A DNA stretch of 64,000 nucleotides, taken from NCBI GenBank assembly GCA_964035545.1, contig OZ037771.1:12337133-12401132 (forward strand), read 5' to 3'. The notes under the pieces are model-generated. The model saw only the letters and a list, made by a program, of their open reading frames with translations. It had not been told where the DNA came from and made no database searches. The stretch is from Bugula neritina. Its lineage: Eukaryota > Animalia > Bryozoa. The translations under genes were made by a program, and so were the position numbers. Every line of letters starts with the position of its first letter. Position 1 is the stretch's first letter. Of the stretch, positions 1 to 21,630 are shown in pieces.

Positions 1-310
1 TGTACACGGCAGCAAATTTATCAATATAAACATGTCTAGCAAATGACTACATAATTTACTAATTATTACTTATAAAATAGACTCTAGAATTTATAGAGAT
101 GCAAAATATGCATACTTGTCTAGTCAACTTAAAAAGAAGTTGATAGCAATTATAATTAGGCAACAAAATTTTAAGTCAGTTTGTAAAAGGCTAAACTGAA
201 TAATTTTTTGTTATTGAAAATCTTTTGCGAACTTTATGAAATCAAAAAATATAGAAAAAAACTTATTAAATAGAAAAATGAAATAAATATTCAATTTGGT
301 CCATGTTTAC

Positions 311-8316
<8,006 letters not shown>

Positions 8317-10564
8317 GCAGTTAAACACTTCATGACATAAAAAATGCAGCTTTCTGTCTTAAATGTATAATTGCATGATATCATTACAGTGTTGGCATTA
8401 GAGTTTGCTCTGTTTTAATAACTGTTGAAAATGGTGCATGCATCGAAACTACACACAGACTTCTTGTTGAAAAATTTCTATTGCTATCAGTAGGCAATAA
8501 AGATTTTAAGTGTTACTGAAAGTTAAAAAAACTGATTAAATTTATACAATTGAAATGTTGATTGCGTTTCACAATTTTGACTTTTGTTCTTACCATAACA
8601 ATACTACATGCTATTATGTTCCGCATTTAAAGGGCTTTTGTTAAAAAAAAATAAATCATTGGCAATTTAGCTTTTTTCATATCACAAACATTCAAATTGA
8701 AAAAATATATAAACTGACAAATTACATACTTGTAATTTAAGTTTCCAGCGAAAGCATAGATATTAGTAGAAATTTCGAAACTACTACACAGAGCATGAGT
8801 AACATGTGAGTCAGTTATTGTTACTATGAAATATCAAAGCTATGACTTTATTATAGTACACCTACCAATTATCTTCATTAGGCACCACATGGCCTAATTA
8901 TAAAAACTATAATTATCAAACTAAACTTTCTATTGCAATAATTGTATGGTCACATATTGCAATAACAGTATTGTTGGCTGTAACTACATGTATTAATGCT
9001 AGAATAATATTTTGATTTCAAATATTTCAACTGTGAGTAAACTTGCATCTTATAATGATTTTTGCTAGAAAACCTGTAACATTTGACTATGAGACTATAA
9101 TCCTCATATTAGTAGTTTGGGTAGACAATTACCAAGTGTAGTAAAGCCAACACTTAATAATTCAGCATATCTATATTATATCTTACTAAGCTATTTTTAG
9201 GTATATGAAGTGCAGGTGTGGTAGCATGCAAATTCCTGTTTTAAACAAATTCCAATTATTGCAAATTTTCTAAGCTTCTGAAAACTATGAAACTTTTTCA
9301 GTTTTGTTATATGCTAGTAAAAAAGCCAGTTACTGTTTAAGTTGGAAATGCACCTTATAGAAAAATAAATTATTTTTAATTCAGTACGGTTGATTGAAAT
9401 TGACATAAAAATTGCTTCATTAATTTATAATATTTGTGGAGAAAATTTGAATTTTATTAATGATTCAAACTTCACTAACATGGCTGAAATATGCTAGTAG
9501 CTATATGCAGTCTGATTGAAAAACATTAAATTCTAACACTTTATTTTTAATGTATTCAGAAAAAAACCCAATCACACAACTCCGAGATATATCGATGTGC
9601 AGTAATAATTTTCAATAGAAAGCTATGGCTATGACCCAAAAGTATGACCTCTACTACTTGACCTTCACTATGTGTCCCCTGTAGACCTCTGTTACATATT
9701 GCTTTATACCAGCTTTTCAAATTATATATTTAATTAAAACTAACTGCTTTTGTGTATTTATTTATTGTTCACAGTATTGCTAGAATGTTACTTTTTACTG
9801 TTATATTGTAATTTGAAAAAAAAGCTGTGAAAAAACAATTGAAAATGTGGAAACAGATGGAAACTATAAATAGAGACATACATGTCATGATAGCTTAAAT
9901 AACATATTATGAGTCATTTCAAAGAAAACAGCAAGTTTTACTGTATGTCAGAGAAAACACTGTGCCTTACAAAAATAAACTAGCTATTAAATGAAAACTA
10001 ACCATTTGTTGGTTAATAAAATTTCAATACACAAGGCAAACAATTGTTAAAAGAAACCAATAAATAACTTTACATGGCAAATAAAAGAGTGTGAATTTTT
10101 TAATTTAGAAAGTCTATAATATATCAAAATCACAAATTCAACATTTTAGTAATAGTAAATATAATCCACATATATATAATATAATATTCCACAGGTCTAA
10201 TGTACTTCACAGGTATTTTTTTAAATTGATTATATAACTGAATAAATAAAAATATTCAACTAGGAAAATAATTTGTGTGAATATAAGTATTTATATTTCT
10301 AACTATCATACCCGGAAGTTAGCATCACACATTTTATTGTGTATATTTATGAGGTAGTATAAAATATTATAACTGGCTTTTGAATAAATTACAAACACCT
10401 ACCTAAAGTAATGCCTTACGGACATTTCGAGAAAAATTATCAGCAAATTTATATAACAACCAGTTTGGCAAACTGCATAGGTTGGAAGGGTGTTTCACCA
10501 AATGTTGAGTATACAAGCAGTCGTAGAAGTCATTGTGTTACACCCGCCTTAGAGGTCAATGTTA

Positions 10565-13500
10565 CTATTTGCAAGAGTATGGATCGCAGACATAGTCCCA
10601 GAGGTGAGAGTTTCTACCCTGACTCTGTGTGCCCAGATACCTCATCTTGTTGGTAATGGCAGAGTTTGACTGGAACAGGAAGTTGATGTTCTGCCAGATG
10701 TGCAACCCACTTGTCATGTACATTCTAAAAATAGATGTGTAACCCACTTGTCATGTACATTCTATAAATAGATGTGTAACCTACTTGTCATGTACATTCT
10801 ATAAATAGATTAGCTCACTTGTCATATACATTCTATAAATAGATGTGTAACCTACTTGTCATGTACATTCTATAAATAGATTAGCTCACTTGTCATGTAC
10901 ATTCTATAAATATATATATTTCACTTGTCATATTTATTCTATAAAACAAGTATTTGATGTACCATATGTAATTAACAACTATATTTTAATTACTGGTTCA
11001 ATTAGATGTTTATTTATCGTATATATGTATATGTTCACTAAAAGTTATAAAACCTATCTTTATAGCTATGTACGTATAATGCATATTGCCAAAGACAGCA
11101 ATTATGCAGTCAACTATCAAAATATTAAATGATAAATAAAAATTTACATACCTCTGTTTAATTTCTTAGCGAACTGTATATGCATCTCAGCAAATCTGAT
11201 AATGTATTATTATTTAATAAATAAGTTTTGTATTAGTTTATATATAACATCGTAAGCCACACACCCAGCTTCTCTCTGCGTGACATGCACATAGACGGAG
11301 TCAATTCTCGTCTGATATGAGGTCTGGTGTCCGTTAGGTTGGCTGGAATCCATAGGAAACAGTTGAGAGATGGAGAACTCCCTCTTTCTTAGGTAGCCAC
11401 TCACAAATCCTTGTGCATCATACAATGGTAAGACTTTGTGTACCTAAATTTACATGACCTCAGCTGATAGAATGTAAACCTTAGTAGCTGGAGGTTGAAA
11501 GTTTGTGATAAACTGCAGAGCACAAAACAACACTGCCGTTCTGCGTTTTTGATAAAACTGGAAATTTGCAGTCTGTTTCGTCAAAATGTTATTTTAAGTT
11601 TTCTACTCAACTTTCAACTTAATCCTTTTTATGTCACTACACTAATAGCATTGCTTGTTTTTTAACTACTTTATGCACAAGCTTGAGAACTAGCAAATAC
11701 ACATGCATACGTTTCATCATCTAACACGCTTTGATCAGTTTACCTACTACAAGAAACTACCCTTGCCTTCTTTACCTACAGCTAACTAGAAAGTACACAT
11801 TATGGCACCAGTTCTTCAACCTACCTTGCTTCCTGTGAAAAAGTAAATGTGTTTGTCTCTGATGTCATAGTAGGCAGCAGAGATGGCGCTGTTCCTTGGT
11901 AAACCAAACTTGGTGATGCTGCCGCTCTCTTGCAGTGATCTCATTCCCGAGGATCTGGCTATGAACTTCTGGTACTGAGAGCCTGCGTGTAATAATTATG
12001 TTTAACAGATGTTGGGTCTAAGGCTATGTAATGATGTTAGTAGTTGTGGCTACTTATGACAGACCTAGTAATGACATTTTAACTGTTATATGATGTAATA
12101 CCACACTAATATAGTGCATTAAATATCATATTATTGCACAGCATGCTAATTTTTAATAGATATATTCAACATCATTTTAATGTATTTTCAGGTGAATTTC
12201 TAAATTGCTAACATAACAAGTTTTTTAATATAAGTTCTCTAGCTTTTAAATTCACAAGATTGAGCCTCCAATCATATTCATATTTAACACTAAGAAGCAT
12301 AATAAAGTCTACAACACCTATGCTTGGTTACTAATAATACTTTAAAGCTATAGATGTTTCATTTTGGTTTAAGAAACTCACCTGAAGACAATTCCATGAT
12401 TTAGAAAAAATATTTAATCAAATATAATATTAAAACTTACTGAATAACACTACAGCCCAACACGTACTCACAGTTTCCATGAAAACACATTTAAAGGATT
12501 GCTCTATCTTGTCTAATAAATGGCCATTTAGGTCAAACACACATAATATTGTGTTTTTCTAAGCATGCATTGACAAAAAGCATTTGACCAAAGGTAGAAA
12601 AAGTTAGTTGAAGTTGAGGGTGTAGATTGGTAACAGCCAAAACGCCGATTTTGAAATGAGCTGGGAAAGGTGACGTAACAGCGCCAGCATTCCTGCTGGT
12701 CACGTGACTATACAAATGAATAACTATAGAAATATGACTGTGAGATGTGATCTTTCAGCTCGTAATTTGTATATTTATAGAAGTGCAAATGTGAATTATC
12801 TCAATCTGTAGTTTTTTGACATGTTAAATAACATGTATGTGATAACATTAGGCCATATTTTGCTTGTAAACATTAGAAAAAAGCATTGCAAAAACATGCA
12901 TTCTTTAGGATGAATGCCTGCAATCGATCTAAACTAGGTCAGATTGTGCAATATTACGGGCGCACCAAAGCTGACCTATATAACGCACTGTAACTGCTTG
13001 AGCGTTATTGGTTGATGTTGCGCTCAGCAACCTTGAATACTAGCGTTATAGTTAGCACGTGCAGCATAGTTACTGGCATTCACACGTCACGTATTAGGCT
13101 ATTCTTTTTCATGGCTGAAAATTTTACCTCCCTCAAATTGGAATTTTGAAAAGCTGTTTTCTAGGCATATATCCCTTTGCAAAGTCACAATTGTTTGCAT
13201 ACACATTAGATTATAGTTCATAATTATAATGTGATTGTAATAAACTAAGATAGAGCAATCCTTTAAATAAGACGAGTGAGCCACACTTACCTTTAATGAC
13301 ATAGACATAGTCTACATATAGCGGTGGTTCATAAGTGTATATCTGGAATATAGCTGAGGGGGTGCCAACGAGCCCCGGAAACTCATCGGTCACAGCTAAA
13401 GGATATCCACCATTAGGTTTGCCTTCCAAGTTGGAGTACTGCCAGACGAGAGAGTTTCTGGTGATGAGAGTTCTGTAGAAGAGGCCAATAGAACCGTCTG

Positions 13501-16500
13501 CATAGATCGAGATCCACTGTATATCAGTTATGGTGTGGAACGGGCCGGTACAGCGGCCTAAAACATGCATGCAAAAGTTGTATTGTAACTCAATATGGTA
13601 ATGCTATAATAGGCAGTCAAACCACGTGAACAAAATGTCCAACAAGAAATTTACTTTACATATATTATGCATGATATTTATTATAATATATCATAATTAT
13701 TACAACACACATATACCTTACACTATACAGCATAATTATGTTTTATAAATAACACAATATTATATAGCATGTCATGTATACCTATTTTTGATTATCTTAT
13801 TGTTACAACATACTATAGCATTACATAATATTTTTAGGTAAAACTTTGAGTTGAATTTGCATGAACATAATTTAAGTAGTTGAAGAAGCAGCCGTGGTCT
13901 AGGAGTTAGAGTGTTGGCGCAGTAAACGCGAGATCAGTGGGTCAAACTTCAAACCCCAGTAAATTTCTTTGGTGATGTTAAAAAGGACATTCAGTAAAAA
14001 CTGCTTTTTTGCCACGAGACACAAGCATTCAGCATACTTATAAAAAAATTCTTTCCACCAGGAATTCTCATAAAAATTAAGACTTTAAAAGCAAACTTGG
14101 ATTATTGGGATGGAAGCATAATCATTTTTGTAAAATAAAGAACCGTATAGCTCTTTAGACTATAGCAATTTTTTCATGCTTCAATTTGCATAAAAGCATA
14201 AAACATAAAACATTTTTCAACATTTCAAGTTTTTAGCAAATTGTAAAGATATATGAAGATCATTACACATCAGAGTGTTTTGTACAAGAATTTTTTTTAA
14301 CATAAACACATTAAAAAGTTTTTGCAGATATGACTTTGGCTCCCCAAAGTCAGGAAATGAAAAAAAATGATGACAGACCAGTATAACTTTTCCCTCACCA
14401 TACGTATTTTTGAGATTTACAAGGTCAAGGTTACTCAGTGAAATGGCAGCGTTGACGTTACGATTATAGTCTGCTCTCATGACTTGGGAGGCGGAGTTGT
14501 GTCCAAACCCGACCAGATGTCCAACTTCGTGCTGCACCACTGTCCGCAAGACGGCAGCAGACGTGCTCACTGTAGGATAGAGAAATGAGTTTGTATATAT
14601 AGCAAGCTTTACATAGCTATCATGTGACTACACTACAGCCTGTTATAGAATAATGAATCTTTATTTACTGTCATATAGAATAACTTCAAGTAAGTGACAA
14701 ACAAGGATCACACATGCAATGGTCTAGAATGATGGTGAGACAATTCTATAGTGAAGTAAGTGCATAATTTATTAATAAGTTTTATATTATTGACTAAAAT
14801 ATATTTGATGTACGGGCACAGTTTGTATATTTAACTGAATTGGATTATATCAATTTGTAGAAATGTGACAAAACAAATTATGGAAAGATGAAATACCTTC
14901 AAGTTTATATGTACCTCTTTTAACTATGATGCCAAATAGAAATTAATGGAATTAAATGCACTTTTGTAATTTTTATTTAAAAAGAAACTAAATCGTGTAT
15001 TAGAATGTTGACTGATTACCTTGAGGTATGTATGAGGAGTCACGAACCCATGTCAAGGCTTTGTTAAGATGTATGAAGTTTGTAGAGCTTGTAGTGGCAG
15101 GACTGTTTCCAGGGATCTCTACACCTTACAACAATAATCTTAAAGAATAATATCAGCATGATTTAGAAGAAGTCAAGTCACTAGCAACTGGCACAGTCTA
15201 CATCACTCAACATTTTGTTCAATTACTAGCAATTTGAACAGGGTAAATAACTTAATATGAAGATTAGTCACAAAGCACTTGAATTGTCTAGATGACTCAA
15301 CATGTATTCAAGTCACGAGCAACTTAAATATTCTAAATGCCTCAAGAGGAGGCCAGAACTAAAACATGGATAGTTAAACTATGCTCAAGATCAATAAAAG
15401 TAAAAGTGTATTTTTACTTGTTTGTTGAAATAGTCAGTACGTGATAGCAATTATTTGTAATTGATTTACATCTTGATTCATTACGCATTATAAAAAGGAA
15501 AATATACAAGACAATAAGTGGCTTACTTGGTCTGAACTTGATGCTGACATGAACATTTCCAAACAGTTTCTCCTGGAAGCAAACCTTGGAGTTTCTTTCC
15601 CATGTAGCAAAAGCAAGTTTGATTTCATTTCTCTGCACAGTTTCGGTGAGAACACCGAGACCATCCTCATAAGGTTCAACAAGTCTCCACGTTATCTGCT
15701 GACTCTGAATTAGTCCGAAAGTAAACCAAATTTCACCGGGTCTTGGGTTGCTTCGCTTTTTACGCAGATTTGTGGAGAAACTTGAGTTTGTAAAATTTGA
15801 TTGTCCAATTTGATTAGAATTGTTGTGATTTCCTTCCTCAAACTCCGGAAATGTAAGATTATTCTTAGGAACTGTTTCTTGCTGGTGAAGACGTTCCGGT
15901 GTTTCAACTTTTGTATAGGAGAGGAAACGTTGGTCATAAAACTCGGCTGGTAATATTCTCGGCTGCTCTTGAGCCACCAAATTAATGCTTTCTATAGATA
16001 TAGTTTCTCTCTTTACCATGTCAAAGTCCTTTTGAAAGATTGCTGAGAGCATAGCTAAAAATTAAGTAAATATCATGTAAGTTATGATTTTTGCACTGTT
16101 TTATTGTAGTACACATTGTCATAGCAACAAAAATAAAAAAAACTCCCTTCAAAATAAAACAATGAAAAATAAATATATAGACACAATAACTAATTGTTTT
16201 TCTCTTGCTCTGTGCATAGAGATAAATGCTAGCTTTATAATGTTAGACGATTCTATTAGAGTAGAGATATATATATATATATATATGGTTATGTATTTAT
16301 CGATGTATAAGTGCTTTATTCATTCTAATTAATGTCTTATTGTTGATTAAATTTTTTCATTGTATTTTCTAATAACCCATAGCATTTTACATTGGCTTAT
16401 TAGGACAAATTTTAAACAAGTATCAGATTTCGATCAACAGATGGTCTACCTCTGATAATAAGGAGATTGAAGTAATCTAACTTTTTTTTTTTTTGTAAAA

Positions 16501-17239
16501 GAGTATATATAATAGTGCAACCAATATTACAGCTACTACAGTATTAATTATTTCTCTCAAGATTGGCTGGCTTATAAAATTGCGTAATTCAAGGTACGTA
16601 GTTAAAACAAGACATGTGTAGCCTAACTGCATCAACCAAAAATAAGTTGCTAAAATTTTTAATACAAATGAATAAATAACCTTTGACAGGCATCGCAGGT
16701 TGTAAGAGTTTCAGTAGACGGCGTTTTACGCAGACTATTATTTGTAATAAATAATGCTACTATTGAGATGCAGTAAGCCTGTGGTTTAGTTTGAATCTAA
16801 AACTCTTTTAATTTAAAACAACCAGTGGAAATACTAAAAACTACTTGAAACAGCCAAAAGTAAAGAAATGAGCTGACAGCTAACAACAGGTGCTCTCAAC
16901 ATTATGACAAGTATATTCAGAAGCCAAGCGACTCAACAGATTTTATAAATTTTAAGGTTGGGTGCAAAAGAATTTACTAAATATTAAACTATATTAATAA
17001 ATAGCCTTTATTACTTACATCTACTTACATTTGATACTTGGTTTTATGGATGGTCCCAATTTACAAATAATCTTGACTAAGTAACCGGCTAAAGTTTTGC
17101 TTTCACTGTAGTTGGTGAGCTGATAGTGGAAATCTTCGTCAGTGCACAGAGGAAGTGCCTGCTGTCCCATGTCACTAAGTGTCACATTAGGTGACTGGCA
17201 TCTACAGGTGCTCATCAGGGTTTTGTCGCACAGCAGTCT
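10565..17239 (-). CDS. MMP21: Matrix metalloproteinase, MMP21-like (M10A catalytic domain plus hemopexin domain); 5' exon(s) not resolved
   Basis: Exons in phase: 17239-17029, 16734-16681 (tentative), 16054-15527, 15124 (or 15118)-15020, 14569-14399, 13557-13291, 11982-11825, 11443-11265, 10724-10565 (TAG). Furin site RKKR; ITWRL...QRNEIKLAFATW; zinc motif HEVGHLVGFGH with Met-turn SQVMRA; NTYG runs directly into RCTGPF with no hinge. Hemopexin motifs RNSLVWQYSN, AAYYDIRDKHIYFF, ISQLFP, RIDSVY, LWDYVCD match recalled MMP21 motifs (RNSWYWLYEN, AFYDRRQKLIYFF, ITEVFP, NIDSAY, KWFDVCD). MMP identity is firm; the MMP21 subfamily call rests on recalled similarity. Confidence 0.8.
10697..10945. repeat. 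34-37-bp minisatellite spanning the MMP last-exon splice acceptor
   Basis: Unit CACTTGTCATGTACATTCTATAAATAGATGTGTAAC-like, about 7 copies; the first copy is the real exon boundary. Confidence 0.9.
12495..13262. mobile_element. Non-autonomous DNA transposon (Kolobok/T2-MITE-like), copy 1
   Basis: 768 bp; 16-bp TIR AGGATTGCTCTATCTT; TTAA on both sides (12491-12494, 13263-13266); no transposase ORF. TTAA target plus AGG terminus fits Kolobok/T2 rather than piggyBac (CC termini). Lies in an MMP intron about 28 nt from a donor. Confidence 0.9.
13885..14015 (+). mobile_element. SINE 5' part (same family)
   Basis: GCAGCCGTGGTCTAGGAGTTAGAG head and TGGTGATGTTA...GACATTCAGT core match the 36053-36255 copy. 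Confidence 0.6.
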
Positions 17240-18138
17240 CTAAAAAATAAATAAAAATTGAGGAATACTTTTTTTTGAACTAAACCATTTGTTTGGACAC
17301 ACGCCGAAACAGCGAATCGGTAATCTGGTGTTGGGAGTTTTACTTAGCCGCATTTTATCATTTCATGGTATCAGTATTTCACACTCATAGATAGGTTAAG
17401 ATATTTAACGCCTACTCTAATACAGCATTTATCTACTACATTTATTACCTGTTGCAAAATAAATACTTATCTCTTTTTAATATATTGGATAAAAAATTAA
17501 TTTTACTTACTCACTCATGCATTATTGCTACACATGTTTGCTAGAAGGTTGAATAAATATTTATAACTATATTTGGATTTTGTAGTAACTCAGCTGTGTT
17601 GTAAATATACAACAGATTATAACAGGTCATATCTCCAGGAGCTGGTACTTAAGAAGGAAATACATGACCAGGTGAATGTTGCTTCACCTCACTTGTACAC
17701 TGGGACCTGGTGGTACAGAGTGCCCAGTGAGTAGTTCCCGGAAATACTACTGGCTACAAGTGAACACTCTCAGTGCCAGAAAGTCTGGTGCAGAGGAAAT
17801 ACTTTGAGAAAAAAATTTCTCCAGTTTAAGCACTTGAAAAGTTAGCATTAATAAATATGTCATATGGGTGTTACTTTGTGCTTACAGATACTCAAAATTT
17901 GTTGACTGACCGTATTGTTTTGTTAAAAGAGAGCAGCTTGCATAAAACAATCATACTAAGTTTAAAATGTTAATTTTAACTTTTTTAGTTCACTTCTGTT
18001 TGGTTTAACTGTTTGCATTATATAATGTTCAGACAAGTCTTAAGGAGGGATCTCAAAGAAGCCATCTACTTTCATGTGAAAATGAGAGAAGTAATAAATG
18101 AACAGACAATTCTACATATAACTAGATTTCAGGTTTAA

Positions 18139-18906
18139 AGGATTGCTCTATCTTAGTTTATTACAATCATATTATAATTATGAACTATAATCTAATGTGT
18201 ATGCAAACAATTGTGACTTTGCAAAGGAATATATGCCTAGAAAACAGCTTTTCAAAATTCCAATTTTAAGGGAGGTAAAATTTTCAGCCATGAAAAAGAA
18301 TAGCCTAATACGTGACGTGTGAACGCCAGTAACTATGCTGCACGTGCTAACTATAACGCTAGTATTCAAGGTTGCTGAGCGCAACATCAACCAATAACGC
18401 TCAAGCAGTTACAGTGCGCTATATAAGTCAGCTTTGGTGCGCCTGTAATATTGCACAATCTGACCTAGTTTAGATCGATCGCAGGCATTCATCCTAAAGA
18501 ATGCATGTTTTTGCAATGCTTTTTTCTATGTTTACAAGCAAAATATGGCCTAATGTTATCACATACATGTTATTTAACATGTCAAAAAACTATAGATTGA
18601 GATAATTCACATTTGCACTTCTATAAATATACAAATTACGAGCTGAAAGATCACATCTCACAGTCATATTTCTATAGTTATTCATTTGTATAGTCACGTG
18701 ACCAGCAGGAATGCTGGCGCTGTTACGTCACATTTCCCAGCTCATTTCAAAATCGGCGTTTTGGCTGTTACCAATCTACACCCTCAACTTCAACTAACTT
18801 TTTCTACCTTTGGTCAAATGCTTTTTGTCAATGCATGCTTAGAAAAACACAATATTATGTGTGTTTGACCTAAATGGCCATTTATTAGACAAGATAGAGC
18901 AATCCT
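18139..18906. mobile_element. Non-autonomous DNA transposon (Kolobok/T2-MITE-like), copy 2, inverted relative to copy 1
   Basis: Same length, same TIRs, TTAA flanks at 18135-18138 and 18907-18910. Near-identical reverse complement of 12495-13262; the ORF track shows nearly the same 60-aa spurious ORF on opposite strands. Confidence 0.9.
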
Positions 18907-20679
18907 TTAAACAGTACACTAAAGTTTATGCTGAAGCAATACTGCAGGCATGAGCATGGAAGAGCAAGAGCAAATTCTTTGTAAGTTCAAAGTTCAAACC
19001 CTAAAGTCAGCTGCTGTGTTTACTGTTAGTCTTTAAAGATACAGGTACCTAATGCCAGAATGAACAGTTGGTCATTCCTATAGACGAAGGAGAATATAAG
19101 AATTATTTTTGGCTACAAGATCACCGATTTTTTTTATGTGATAAACTAGTAGCTCTCTATACTGGAGTGAATTGATGACTCATAATTAGTCACAGTCTTT
19201 AAAAAAACATGTCATGTGCCTTATAGCCTGTCAGTTATTTGCTTAAGGTTGTTTAGCAACATTTTCCAGTTTTAAAGAATCAAATCAAAATTCGTTTTCT
19301 AATAATCTTTTGCATTATTCATACTTTACCACTCTCTAGCTCACAATACTCTTTCCAACCACATTTCATAGCATAACCAGTTCATCAATTAAAATGGAGA
19401 TATTCATATTTCAGCTCAGCATTCAATATTTTATACACATAAATCATCAAAATCTAAGAACCACATTGATTATTTGCCAGAAAAATCCAGCAAACTATTT
19501 TTACATTGGCATTTTCAGACGCTTCAAATGATGGCAGATCGATTAAGCATATGGCTCCGTAACACCAGTTTCCACAACTCCTTATACTTTTCTTCTACTT
19601 GTTGATATACGTATAAATTTTTCTAGACTTTGAAAAAATTGAAATAAATATAGCGGTTTATATTATGAATATCTAGATTTATAATTTTATACAATTTTCC
19701 CTCAGAGCGCAATAATGCTAGAAAATTAAAAGTTTACAACAATTAATACTATAAACTAGTATACAAAACTGTCCCAGAAGGAGCAAACCTTTATCTTTTG
19801 TACAATCAGATTCTTCAAAAAAAAATATAAACCTTCTCATGTAATATTTAAATACCTACTTTTTGGTAACTGCGTATAACACAATATATTAAATTATTAC
19901 ATTACATTATGCAAAATAACATAACTCAATAGTAGTATCAAAATAAGATATAATGATATTTAAACATATTAAAAGATATTAATTGGTTTGTAATTGAGTA
20001 GAACCAAATTCTCTATAGCAGTTGAGGTGTAGCAGATAAATGCAAATTTTGTGATGCATAAGCATTTGACAACTTTCATGGGAGAATAACTTCCTAAAAC
20101 ATAATATTATGCATATCTCCTAACTTATACCTCAATCATTGATATACCATAAAGTAAATTTTCATTGAATAATATTTTCATACAGTATATATATTGTTGT
20201 ATCCTGGCTAAGTGTCCACATCTGTTTTACCAATTATGTGTGAAAGGTTAATGTACTTATTTTATTTGTCATGGTTTTGAGTGCAATATTATTATGTGCT
20301 TGATTGTAAAGCAGTCAGTTGTTATAGTGAGTGCAAGCAGTGCAGAATAAACTTTTACTCTTTCCCTTACACGCAATCCACATTGTTACATATATATACT
20401 ACTGTATACTGTCATGTCATAAAGTATAATATAGTGAAACATAACTTTGGGTGTGTATGTCTTACAAATAATTAAATGCATATAACTGTATTCATAGTAG
20501 TCTTTAAAACAAGTGAAGCAGAATTTAGGTTTATCTACATAATTTACTTACTTCACTTTATAACCAAGAAGTAATATTTTTTTGTGTAAAATGTCACATC
20601 GTTAAAATATGTGAATGTCTATTTTAATTTAACTCAAGTTACTAAGTCACTAAAGTAAAAAAGGAGTTTTGATATAGAC

Positions 20680-20940
20680 TATGGTGTTTCAAAAGTTGCC
20701 CAATCATGTGCAACTTCATAGTTTTGAACACTTGCAGAGCCGTTGGGGATGCTAGGAAGAGTATTCCGTTATAGTTGTACCAGGAGCAAAAATAGCCTTT
20801 ATACTAACTTATCAACATGGCGGAAGGCACAGTCTACAGTCATGTTATGAGCTCTCACAAGGGTGAAAATTTCTAGCAATCAGTGTTTTTTGCACAAGTT
20901 TAATAGCAATCATGATTCGGCTTCGATTTAGGGCAAAAAA
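20680..20940 (-). mobile_element. Possible decayed DNA-transposase fragment
   Basis: Frameshifted pieces NRSRIMIAIKLVQ, LVRAHNMTVDCAFRHVDK and HDWATF loosely resemble the QNKN...FLxxGHTxxxCDxxFxxIEK transposase signature. Weak; pattern recall only. Confidence 0.3.
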
Positions 20941-21451
20941 TCTTTACGAAGTAAAGGTGAAAAATTAAGGTCTCAAATTACAAATAATTTTAGAACTTAG
21001 CCTAAACAACTGCATTTGCATTAGCAGTAACTTTAAAAAGTTATATTTTGCAAAGGAATTTATAAAGAAAATTTATTAAAGTTGCAAAATCAAAGTTCAA
21101 AAGGTAAAAGTAGAAAGACATAGGAGATACCTGAAGTAATGAATTATTCTAAAAAAGCCTCCGAAATTTTGTTTACTTCAAGCAGTGAAGACATCTCTTT
21201 AATGGGAATAAAACTGCCAAATATTAATAATAATATCAATGAATAATATTGATGTATATTTAATAGCAACATAGTTGATAGATTTTACATTAAGAATGAC
21301 AAGTAAATATTTCATTATGAAACCAGAAGCAGTGAAATCAAGATATGACCAGCACGTCTACTGAAAGGATATGTTTCCAAGTGTGAATAATTCACCAACT
21401 TTTTGTCGTATTCTAAAAATTAGTATGGCTAGTTCATTTGCATAGATAAAA

Positions 21452-21630
21452 ACTCACGCAAGTTTATAGTCACCATCCCTGTAGGAAACCCCTAATGGAA
21501 AGCGTCTTTTATGAAATTGGGCTTTAAGGACTTATCCAGGTGGGACACAGGAGCAATTATGACTCATGGATGCTCTACCTAACATCACCTTTGGCTTGTG
21601 CATGTAATTACCAAACAGCTAAACTATATA
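21452..21630 (-). mobile_element. SINE copy (same family)
   Basis: CGCAAGTTTATAGTCACCATCCCTGT...AAGGACTTAT...GGATGCTCTACCTAACATCACC. Confidence 0.65.

Noticed and set aside
12533-12715. Duplicated 60-aa ORF (also 18686-18868) as a small gene family
   Set aside because: Internal to the two MITE copies, with a non-ATG start and no protein features.
13885-13960. tRNA gene
   Set aside because: Only degenerate A/B boxes with no cloverleaf; continuous with a dispersed SINE body.
17280-19600. Candidate MMP signal/prodomain exons (about 17290-17325, 17693-17753, 19330-19380, 19505-19594)
   Set aside because: No unambiguous phase-consistent chain with a start codon could be built; left unresolved.
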